Below are positions 8,749 through 16,252 of a stretch of DNA of 64,000 nucleotides, piece by piece (position 1 is the stretch's first letter; every line of letters starts with the position of its first letter). The notes under the pieces were generated by a model, which saw only the letters and a program-made list of their open reading frames with translations, had not been told where the DNA came from and did no database searches. Origin of the DNA: an uncultured Archaeoglobaceae archaeon (GTDB lineage Archaea; Halobacteriota; Archaeoglobi; Archaeoglobales; Archaeoglobaceae); the NCBI GenBank assembly GCA_965561205.1, contig CBEWZU010000001.1, positions 9,857-73,856 on the forward strand. Direction: 5' to 3'. Both the position numbers and the translations under genes were made by a program.

Positions 8749-9528
8749 ATGCCAAAATCAGAGTGGGTAAAACGAGTCATAGTGATTACAATCGTTTTAG
8801 TTCTCAGTAGTCATATTGCATTAGCAACATTACAAGAATTCAACAAAGCGGCAATATGCGACTATGATTTAACTGACGATGAAAGAATAACTGTAGTTGA
8901 TCCGGCTATGTGGGTTGTGAATTATGTTTATTATGGCAAATGCGATATAAAGATGGATGTTGATAAGGATGGCGATTGCGATAGCTTTGATTTGTGGCAG
9001 TTTGTGACTGCGGCAAAAGAGTTTAAGGATAGCGACATGATCGATTTTGTTAGTTCACTGAACACGATTGATGCTGGTGGAATGGATATTGCAGTCATAG
9101 GAAACATTACGGCACTGAAACAGTGGTATAATTCTGCAGTAACTGTTAAACACCATGACGGATGGGTAGAAAAACCACAGGGAGGTTATTATCTCTGTTT
9201 GGATTACTCAGTGGATGCGATGAAAGTTGCAAGGAAACATACCGAGATGAATGTGTTACATATCGCAACGAGCAAAAGTCACGCTTTCAATGCGTTTTTA
9301 GTGTGCGATGACTGGAGAAACATCAGTTGCTGGAGATTCTTAGAGCCGCAAACTGGAGAAGTATATAACTGGTATTGCAAATTCGGATGTCCGGATGAAA
9401 TAGAAATAGTGAATTTTGATACTGGATCTGTCCAAAAATTCAAGATAGTGAACGGAACTCTAACCGAAACGTTCACAGGAACCGATGAGTTTGAGTATCT
9501 CATGAGCTTAGGCTATGAAACATACTGA
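8749..9528 (+). CDS. Secreted protein with EF-hand-like loop and transglutaminase/papain-like C-terminal domain
   Basis: N-terminal signal/anchor helix; DVDKDGDCDSFD loop; LCLDYS...SHAFN...LEPQT putative Cys-His-Glu triad. Confidence 0.5.
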   Translation: MPKSEWVKRVIVITIVLVLSSHIALATLQEFNKAAICDYDLTDDERITVVDPAMWVVNYVYYGKCDIKMDVDKDGDCDSFDLWQFVTAAKEFKDSDMIDFVSSLNTIDAGGMDIAVIGNITALKQWYNSAVTVKHHDGWVEKPQGGYYLCLDYSVDAMKVARKHTEMNVLHIATSKSHAFNAFLVCDDWRNISCWRFLEPQTGEVYNWYCKFGCPDEIEIVNFDTGSVQKFKIVNGTLTETFTGTDEFEYLMSLGYETY

Positions 9529-9606
9529 TTTCTCAGCATTAAGGCTTCGAGCTGTAGAATGGAAGACGACTTTCTTTTTTAAAGTCTTTTTTCTTAAGAA
9601 ACTTCG

Positions 9607-9834
9607 ATGTTCGACTTCCTGAAAAAAGCTGAGGACAAAGCGGATGTTGCGAAGACCTCAGCGAAACTACTTGACGTAGCAACGCATTTCCTTGTTGTTC
9701 CCTCTAAGAAGCGGATTTACGTCTGATGCAAAGATCAAGATGTCGAGAAAGTCAAAAAGATTATCAGTGAGCGAGAAGTCATTGAAGTCAAGGAGCTTAG
9801 AGGGAGGATGAGTTTAGTTGTTGGAACCTATTAA
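9607..9834 (+). pseudogene. 75-codon ORF interrupted by an in-frame TGA (9724-9726)
   Basis: Starts 19 nt after a promoter motif; frame stays open 35 codons past the TGA to TAA9834. Confidence 0.5.
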
Positions 9835-9925
9835 ATCACGATCCTCGTCGGCTTCGAGCCCGACGTGGTTTAGTTTGGCGATGAAGGTGCAGAGATGCCG
9901 GCTACCTGCACCAGAGCTATCCAAT

Positions 9926-10103
9926 AGCCCCGTGGTGTAGTGGCAATCATGCCGGGCTTTGGAGGGTGTCGGTAAGGTCGGATAGCAATTGCTATCCCCT
10001 CCGTCCGAAACGATGAGGCCTCCTTGAGGAGGGTGGGGATGGAGTAGGACGGGGCGACACCCGAAGAAACCCGGCGACCCCCGTTCGAATCGGGGCGGGG
10101 CTA
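9926..10103 (+). tRNA. trnQ: Provirus-encoded tRNA-Gln(UUG) with 106-nt intron (9963-10068) at position 37/38
   Basis: Exons 9926-9962 and 10069-10103 give a 72-nt cloverleaf: acceptor AGCCCCG/CGGGGCT (A1-U72), anticodon stem CCGGG/CCCGG, T arm CCCCG-TTCGAAT-CGGGG; canonical bulge-helix-bulge. Confidence 0.93.
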
Positions 10104-10114
10104 TTCTATTTTTT
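10104..10114 (+). terminator. Oligo-T terminator after the tRNA, merging into the next TATA box
   Basis: TTCTATTTTTT directly after the discriminator base. Confidence 0.45.
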
Positions 10115-10139
10115 AAAGTCTGATCCAATTTCCCATTTT

Positions 10140-10169
10140 ATGCCAGAAAGAATTAGAGGAGGTGATTAA
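10140..10169 (+). other. Leader mini-ORF MPERIRGGD*
   Basis: ATG exactly 18 nt after the motif at 10115; contains the SD GGAGGTGA of the sheath gene; stop 2 nt before the sheath ATG. Confidence 0.55.
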
Positions 10170-10171
10170 GA

Positions 10172-11248
10172 ATGCCGACAGCTGAGAGTGCCATAACCAT
10201 CAACCTGCAAGATGCGACAGCCGCCGCTCCCAGCGAAACATACGGAGAAGTCATCGTAATCGGCGAAGATCCGAATAAGCTCGACCTGTTCAACCAAGTA
10301 AAGACATACTACTCCCAGTCGGAGGTGGAAGAAGATTTTGGAGCAGACAGCCCCATCTCAAAAGCAACAGCCAAAGTCTTCGCTCAAGGAGTGCAGAGAG
10401 TTAAAGCTGTCAATGCGATGAAAGATGATGGGACTGGTAACGCTGTTGCGGACTACGACACGGTTCTCGCAGATCTGGAGGATAAGAAAATCGATTACGA
10501 CATAATGGTCGTAACAATCGAAGCAGACGATACAAATGCTCAGAAGCTTGTCGATCACGCTGGAGCTTATCACAAAGTCCTCGTTCTGCCGTTTGTAGGA
10601 GACAAGGATTCGGCAAAGACTGCCTTCTCAGCTCTGACAGCGAACGAGTTCGTTTTCGCCGTCGCTCACGACGATGTAACTCTCGAAGCTGGAGAGCTGA
10701 GCGGAGCTGTGGCGGGAGTAATAAGCAAACTCAAGCCTTGGGTTCCCTGCGAGTGGTATAACATTCAGGGGATCAATGCGGCGGGCTACAAAGCCTCGGA
10801 AGTTGACGAGCTTGAACAAGCAAACATCAACACGATTATCGAAATCGGAAAAGCTGTTATCAGCTCCGCTAAAAGCCTTGACGGCTCGTGGATTGACATT
10901 CCGAGGACTAAAGCATACTTGGCAACTGAGATTAGAAATGCTCTGATTAGTTTGAAGCTTAAACTTGCAAACATGGGTTCCAAGATCCCCTACACTCCCC
11001 AAGGACTTAACATGATTAAAGCCGCTATCGAGAAGGTCCTAAGGGTCGCTCAAACTCAGGGAGCTTTGAGAAAAGATTACGTGGATGCCGACGGTAATCT
11101 TGTCCGGGGTTACGAGGTTATAATGCCTGACTATGAATCAATCAGCGATTCCGACAAATCGGCAAGAATTCTCAGAAATGTCAGAGTTACAGCATACCTG
11201 AGCGGAGCGATCAGCAAGATCGTGCTTGATCTCGTAATAACGCTGTGA
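10172..11248 (+). CDS. Tail sheath protein (contractile tail)
   Basis: 358 aa; ELEQANINT...WIDIPR...KIPYTPQGLNMIKAAIEKVL...AGAI-like C-terminus typical of DUF3383-type sheaths. Confidence 0.85.
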   Translation: MPTAESAITINLQDATAAAPSETYGEVIVIGEDPNKLDLFNQVKTYYSQSEVEEDFGADSPISKATAKVFAQGVQRVKAVNAMKDDGTGNAVADYDTVLADLEDKKIDYDIMVVTIEADDTNAQKLVDHAGAYHKVLVLPFVGDKDSAKTAFSALTANEFVFAVAHDDVTLEAGELSGAVAGVISKLKPWVPCEWYNIQGINAAGYKASEVDELEQANINTIIEIGKAVISSAKSLDGSWIDIPRTKAYLATEIRNALISLKLKLANMGSKIPYTPQGLNMIKAAIEKVLRVAQTQGALRKDYVDADGNLVRGYEVIMPDYESISDSDKSARILRNVRVTAYLSGAISKIVLDLVITL

Positions 11249-11258
11249 GGTGGTGTGA

Positions 11259-11666
11259 ATGGCTGAGGGAGCTGTTGAAGTAAGAATCAAGGATGTTAGT
11301 ATATTTATCGACGGTAGCGAAATAGAGGGAGTCTTGGAGTTCGCATTCACCCCTAAAGATTCGGAGAACGTCAAACCAGTCAAGGACTGGACGAAGAGGA
11401 CCGTTGCAGTTTCGATCACAGAAGATTACGACTACGAAGGGGAGATAACATTACTCGCATCGAGCGGGAACAACTCCCAATTAATGGGTATTGCTTCAGC
11501 AAAGAAAGCTGTTCAAGTCGTAATCACATCGAAAGATCCAAAAGTGACGGGTTTCAACTCCATAACGCTCGATCAGACATACTTCTTCTTCCCTGAGGCG
11601 AAGCCTGAAGCAGAGGAGCCGAAGCTGACGTGGAAGTTCTGGGGAACTGGATACAAGATGGAATAA
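11259..11666 (+). CDS. Tail tube protein
   Basis: 135 aa beta-rich gene directly after the sheath. Confidence 0.75.
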   Translation: MAEGAVEVRIKDVSIFIDGSEIEGVLEFAFTPKDSENVKPVKDWTKRTVAVSITEDYDYEGEITLLASSGNNSQLMGIASAKKAVQVVITSKDPKVTGFNSITLDQTYFFFPEAKPEAEEPKLTWKFWGTGYKME

Positions 11667-11685
11667 TTTTTTTCTTTATTTTTGC
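11664..11685 (+). terminator. T-rich terminator between convergent genes
   Basis: TAATTTTTTCTTTATTTTTG-type tract after the tube stop. Confidence 0.45.
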
Positions 11686-11697
11686 AATGTAACAACT

Positions 11698-12234
11698 TCA
11701 ACCATACATTCCATCTGGTGGTGGTTTTTGTGTTTCTTCAATAATTCTCTGCTCAAGTTCTTTTACACCAATGATGATTGATAGAAATGTTAATCCCAGA
11801 ACACCAATACTAACGACTGCTTGAATGGACTCATCTAAATCCTTAATCGTGAAATTCTCATGAAACGGAAAAATTCTCTTTAAGATGCTAAATCCTATAA
11901 AATTACCATCTTGAGAATGATGGAGTCTATATGCTGTAGTTGGAGAACTTATCGCTGATTTTAAACTGAAGAAAAACTGTCCACCCTTCATTGGATCTTG
12001 TAGTATGTTCTTAATGATTGCTAAAACTTTCTCATCCTCAATTCTAAACGGGAATTCAACAACCATATATTTGGATCTTTTTGGATGAATTAAATTGACA
12101 ATATATGAACCATGCTTGATTGTTAAAATCCAATACTCTTCGTTTTCGATTTCACGCAGTATTTCTCTGTCAGTATCCACAATCATCTCTTTGATTTGAT
12201 TTCTAATTTCTCCAATATTCTCAGAAGAGGTCAA
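11698..12234 (-). CDS. Accessory protein, DUF2299-like
   Basis: AT-rich antisense moron; TTG start with SD GAGGTGG; family assignment from memory only. Confidence 0.5.
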   Translation of the reverse strand: MTSSENIGEIRNQIKEMIVDTDREILREIENEEYWILTIKHGSYIVNLIHPKRSKYMVVEFPFRIEDEKVLAIIKNILQDPMKGGQFFFSLKSAISSPTTAYRLHHSQDGNFIGFSILKRIFPFHENFTIKDLDESIQAVVSIGVLGLTFLSIIIGVKELEQRIIEETQKPPPDGMYG

Positions 12235-12252
12235 AAAACCACCTCTAAAAAA

Positions 12253-12384
12253 TTATTCCTTAAGAGTTACAACTACCTTCACGGCTAATTGTTTTATGTC
12301 TAATGGAAAGTCCGCTGTATCGAGTAGTTGAACATTTGGCGTTGGTTCGTGTCCTTCTTTCAGCCTAATCGAGTTTATCAGCAT
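12253..12384 (-). CDS. Small hypothetical protein (43 aa), not in the ORF track
   Basis: MLINSIRLKEGHEPTPNVQLLD...; SD GGGGGTGA upstream. Confidence 0.55.
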   Translation of the reverse strand: MLINSIRLKEGHEPTPNVQLLDTADFPLDIKQLAVKVVVTLKE

Positions 12385-12592
12385 ATTTTCACCCCCACTT
12401 ATCTCTTAAGTATACTTAGTTAGGGCAATTATAAGCTTTGCTGTTTTTTATCCCTCCGTCGTTTGCAAGCAACAATTGTTGCAAAAGTGTTGCAACCCTA
12501 TCTCCATTGTTTTTATTATTGCAACTTTAATTCTTTGAGATATTGCAAAAAGACTGGAAGTATCAGCTCCTTAGCCCTCCAAAGTGTCAAGA

Positions 12593-12802
12593 TCATTTCA
12601 AGACTTCCTGAAGCATCGACAATCTCTTTGCGATTACGTTGATGTTACAATCATTCTCCTGCTCGTTCCACCACATACATTCTTCTTCAATACATTCTAC
12701 GAGTTTCTTCCATCCAGTTATACCACTCTTTGATATACCGAGAGGACAGAGCTTTTTGTCAGACTTACCAGCTAAGAAATTTTGAGCTTTTTTTCCGAAC
12801 AT
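12593..12802 (-). CDS. Small Cys-rich protein
   Basis: LCP...EC.EEECMWW...DC pattern. Confidence 0.55.
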   Translation of the reverse strand: MFGKKAQNFLAGKSDKKLCPLGISKSGITGWKKLVECIEEECMWWNEQENDCNINVIAKRLSMLQEVLK

Positions 12803-12841
12803 ATCTTTCTTTATAAAGTCTGATAAAATTAAAACTTTTTG

Positions 12842-13519
12842 ATGAATGCACTCAGATCGCTGTATGTTATCATAGAACTGAAGGACAAACTCACTTCACA
12901 ACTCAATAATATAAACAAAACCATAGATCAAACCAAATCTAAGATTTCGAAGTTAACAGAGTTTGTAGAGGAGCACAAAGCTGCAATCGCTGGATTGGGT
13001 GCATCTATTTCGGCAATAGGATACGGAGGATTTAGGATTCTCGGTGGCTCTGCAAAAGACTTCGAGAGAGCAATCCTTGAAATGCAAGCGAGAACTGGAG
13101 CCACAAACAAAGAAATTAAAAAGATGGCTGAAATTGTAAAACAATTAGCGAGAGCAAACTCTGATGCATTTACAACGATTTCAGAGGTTGTAACAATAGT
13201 AAGAAATAGATTCGGAGATTTGGGTGATCAGACAAGAGAAGTCTCTCAGGCAATCTTGGATTTTGCCAAAATAACTGGAATAGATGCCGTAACGGCCGCC
13301 ACATCATTAAGCGTTGCCATGAAATCGTTTAATATCCCTGCAACAAAAATGTATGAAGTTACGGATACACTAATCACAGCACAGCAACGCTTTGGTGTTC
13401 AATCCGCCTACATCATTGAACTGCTTAAGAATAATGCCGCTCCGCTCAAGATGTTAAACCTATCTTTTAGTGAGGCAGTCGGTTTACTTTCGGCTTTGGA
13501 GGGCAATGGTATTATGTAA
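12842..13519 (+). pseudogene. Truncated second tape-measure protein (TP901-type N-terminal 225 aa)
   Basis: N-terminus MNALRSLYVIIELKD parallels MLGTALRAIYIAIKLND of the full TMP; core repeats; ends at the endonuclease gene. Confidence 0.8.
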
Positions 13520-14399
13520 ATTTATTTTTGATTACAGGATTAATCGTTTTAATGAATCTTCTAACCTCTTTTGTGCCGCCAAGTATTCGCAAGTAGAATA
13601 CCTCTTTTTTGCGGTATCTTGACGAACTTAACGAAGTTTTGAAACCTAAATTAGTTATTAACCTATTTATTAGCTCTATTAGCTTCTTATCTGTATTTGT
13701 AATTGATAGTGTCCAACAGTTTTTATATCGTTTGTCCCTATATAGGGATCCTTCAGATTCGTAAAAACCTCTAATAAATTCTTTTTGGAATTCTTTAGTT
13801 GTGAGAAAATCAGACTCAATTATTTTTAAATTTAATTTTTTATACCATTCAACAAAAATTTTGGAACGGGCATAAACACGGTATAGCTTTTTTCGTTTAT
13901 ATTGACTGTCTTTTGGATTGATTTCATCTTTAACTGGATTTAATCCAATAGATTTTAGGGTGGTCCAAAATTCATTTGCAAAAACTTTTGATGTTACACA
14001 TAAAGTGATACGATTGTTACGTTTGTCTACGTATCCATCGCCTAGTAATATCCCTAATAAATACGACAACTCTTTTGAAGGAGTTAAATTTGGGTTAATT
14101 CTCATCACGGGACCATATTTTGACACAGAAACTCTAGTAGCTTCTGAATGTGAGCGAATAGGTATACCATATTTTTTTAGATAATCAAGTATATGAGTAC
14201 TACTACAACCGAACATATTTGCAATCTGGACGCTAGATAACTCTAAATCCCAATATGCCGTGAATAAAATTTCATGTGATAATGGAGATTTATATCTACA
14301 TTCGCGAGAGCAGAATTTTCTTTTGATTCCCCTCTTGAGTTCAGATGGATACACTTCAAACTCTTTGCCACATCTCAAACATTTAACGACAACACCCAT
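13512..14399 (-). CDS. Free-standing LAGLIDADG homing endonuclease with N-terminal Zn finger/HTH
   Basis: LSYLLGILLGDG and FIRGFYESEG motifs; CLRC...FCSREC at the N-terminus. Confidence 0.85.
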   Translation of the reverse strand: MGVVVKCLRCGKEFEVYPSELKRGIKRKFCSRECRYKSPLSHEILFTAYWDLELSSVQIANMFGCSSTHILDYLKKYGIPIRSHSEATRVSVSKYGPVMRINPNLTPSKELSYLLGILLGDGYVDKRNNRITLCVTSKVFANEFWTTLKSIGLNPVKDEINPKDSQYKRKKLYRVYARSKIFVEWYKKLNLKIIESDFLTTKEFQKEFIRGFYESEGSLYRDKRYKNCWTLSITNTDKKLIELINRLITNLGFKTSLSSSRYRKKEVFYLRILGGTKEVRRFIKTINPVIKNKFT

Positions 14400-14432
14400 C
14401 TAAAAGCACCTCTCGTAAAATTGGGTAAAAAA

Positions 14433-14744
14433 TTACAGTTTAAACTTTTTCTTAAAATATTCGACTTTCAGCGGAGCGATTTGTTTTGCATTATCCAAGT
14501 CTCCTAAGATCAAAGTCTCAACGGCATCTATTATGTAATCCCTCATGAAATCGTTCATTTCCTCACTTGGATATCCTATCCATTCACCGTATTCCCTTAG
14601 AAACTCTAAAATCTTCTTTGGCATCGGTATCGACACCCTGATTAATTCCTCGCCTTCAATCTTAATCGTCTGTTCCTCACACATATCTAACACCTCATCA
14701 AAAAATTTAAGCGAAAGCTTCGAGCAAGGTTTGTCTGACCACAA
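14433..14744 (-). CDS. Hypothetical protein
   Basis: ORF in the minus-strand operon with the endonuclease; start uncertain. Confidence 0.55.
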   Translation of the reverse strand: MWSDKPCSKLSLKFFDEVLDMCEEQTIKIEGEELIRVSIPMPKKILEFLREYGEWIGYPSEEMNDFMRDYIIDAVETLILGDLDNAKQIAPLKVEYFKKKFKL

Positions 14745-14940
14745 CTCGTTCCATTCCTCCGCTTTTGAAAACTCTCCAGCCCTTCTTTACAACAAAGCTC
14801 TGAGAGTAATTTATCACTCTCATTTTTCCTCCACAAAGCGGACAAAGCCCGTTCGATCCCATTATCGCTCCACTTCCACCATACCCGCATCGATCACATC
14901 TTGTTATTTCGCTCATCTTCTCTTTCTTCAACACCAACAT
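14707..14940 (-). CDS. Small zinc-ribbon protein
   Basis: CDRCG...LCPLCG. Confidence 0.5.
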   Translation of the reverse strand: MLVLKKEKMSEITRCDRCGYGGSGAIMGSNGLCPLCGGKMRVINYSQSFVVKKGWRVFKSGGMERVVVRQTLLEAFA

Positions 14941-15033
14941 TCTTGATCACCTCTACTAAATTCTTCTTATAGTAGAAAATAGTAGAGTAAAGTATATAAT
15001 ACTTTCGGTAGAAATTAGAAGTAGGTGGTAGAA

Positions 15034-15189
15034 ATGAGTAAAGTTTTAGGTGTTAAAGTAGAGTTGGATGATGAACTCGAAAAAGAATTTGAGGAAATAA
15101 AACGATTTACAGGCATAAAGTCAAATGCAGAAATTTTCAGGATGTTAATTAGATATTATCACCGGCATGAAATCAAGAAGAATCATTAA
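15034..15189 (+). CDS. Ribbon-helix-helix (CopG-like) regulator, 51 aa, not in the ORF track
   Basis: VKVELDDELEKEFEEIKRFTGIKSNAEIFRMLIRYY; SD AGGTGG; divergent from the 14940 operon. Confidence 0.7.
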   Translation: MSKVLGVKVELDDELEKEFEEIKRFTGIKSNAEIFRMLIRYYHRHEIKKNH

Positions 15190-15258
15190 TGTTAAAAGCT
15201 TTTCCAGACCTTAATGGAAATTTGATACTTTTTAAAGTCTATTTTTCAAAGACGTAAT

Positions 15259-15561
15259 ATGGCTGACTGGAACAGATTTAAAGCGAAAGAAGGTGTCGAA
15301 ACAATAATTATCGCTGGAGAAGTTTTTAAAATTCGCAAAAGCCTAAAAGCAAGGAAATTAAGAGAAATCTTAAATAAACATACAAACGACGTGCAAGCCA
15401 TTCAAAAAGAGCTGATCAAAGCGATAGTCGTTGATCCGGTTCCTCCAGAAGATTTTGACGAACTTTGGGATGAAATGGACGCATCAATCCAAGCAGAGCT
15501 AATCGCAAAAGCGATGGAAATTAGTGGTCTAAACAAGTTGTTTCGACTCGCAATGGAGTAA
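15259..15561 (+). CDS. Tail assembly chaperone (gpG-like)
   Basis: 100 aa ORF before the tape measure with its own promoter motif. Confidence 0.7.
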   Translation: MADWNRFKAKEGVETIIIAGEVFKIRKSLKARKLREILNKHTNDVQAIQKELIKAIVVDPVPPEDFDELWDEMDASIQAELIAKAMEISGLNKLFRLAME

Positions 15562-15778
15562 ACAGCTTGAAGAAGAAGTTAGAAATGATTTTCACATCTT
15601 TTACATTGCACATCAGCTTGGCAAGGATGTGGATGAAATTCTCGACTGGGATCATGAAAAGCTATTAAAGTGGTCAATTTACTTCAAAATCCTCATAGAG
15701 GAGCAATCAAAAGCTATGAAGAACCAAAAAATCGGTCAACCATCGCAAGAGAAAAAATATTTGTTTGTTTTCCGCTAA
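15542..15778 (+). CDS. Frameshift extension of the tail chaperone (gpGT-like, +1 frame)
   Basis: +1 frame open 15533-15778 (FDSQWSKQLEEEVRNDFHIFYIAHQLGKDVDEILDWD...); TTT CGA at 15541-15546. Confidence 0.65.
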   Translation, partial: FDSQWSKQLEEEVRNDFHIFYIAHQLGKDVDEILDWDHEKLLKWSIYFKILIEEQSKAMKNQKIGQPSQEKKYLFVFR

Positions 15779-16215
15779 CTCCATGAAACATACAAATCCC
15801 CACCAGCAAAAGCACCAAAATAATCGTAACCTTCAACGGATGGTTTTGGTTCGGCATCAAACTTGAACCAAGTGATTCTGGCTATTTCTTTTTTCAAGAT
15901 TTTTGGATTGTCTCTCCATACCTCAGAGCCGATATTTAGCCAAACGACATCAGCATTGTAATCTTCTTTTAATCGTAGAATCTCTTTTTTAGCTATTAAC
16001 AATATCTGATCGTGGTCTGTTGTTTTCGTTAATATGTTCTCTGAGAATCTTTTCGCTGTTGGCTGGTGAGCAGACCAAAAATTAACAACAGTGTAAGGTT
16101 CTGTTTCCGCATTTTTAATTTCATTTTCTTGTTGGGATTCATATATCGCCCCTGCAAAGATTAACAGCACAAAAATCAAAACAAAACCGATCAGGAATTT
16201 GCTTAACAACTTCAT
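15775..16215 (-). CDS. Membrane-anchored accessory protein (moron)
   Basis: N-terminal hydrophobic helix; antisense to the tail operon. Confidence 0.65.
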   Translation of the reverse strand: MKLLSKFLIGFVLIFVLLIFAGAIYESQQENEIKNAETEPYTVVNFWSAHQPTAKRFSENILTKTTDHDQILLIAKKEILRLKEDYNADVVWLNIGSEVWRDNPKILKKEIARITWFKFDAEPKPSVEGYDYFGAFAGGDLYVSWS

Positions 16216-16252
16216 AATTTTTGTTTTAAAGTCTATCTAAAAATACTTTATC

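Noticed and set aside
9724-9726. Selenocysteine recoding of the in-frame TGA
   Set aside because: No recognisable archaeal SECIS or redox motif, and no Sec machinery visible in the window
9814-10128. 104-aa minus-strand ORF
   Set aside because: Antisense shadow of the GC-rich tRNA-Gln and its intron
13512-14399. Intein or intron-encoded endonuclease within the truncated TMP
   Set aside because: It is on the opposite strand, has its own ATG and stop, and lacks splicing residues or a BHB boundary
14545-14946. 133-aa plus-strand ORF as a continuation of the truncated TMP
   Set aside because: Ser/His-rich antisense shadow of the minus-strand genes; no TMP character
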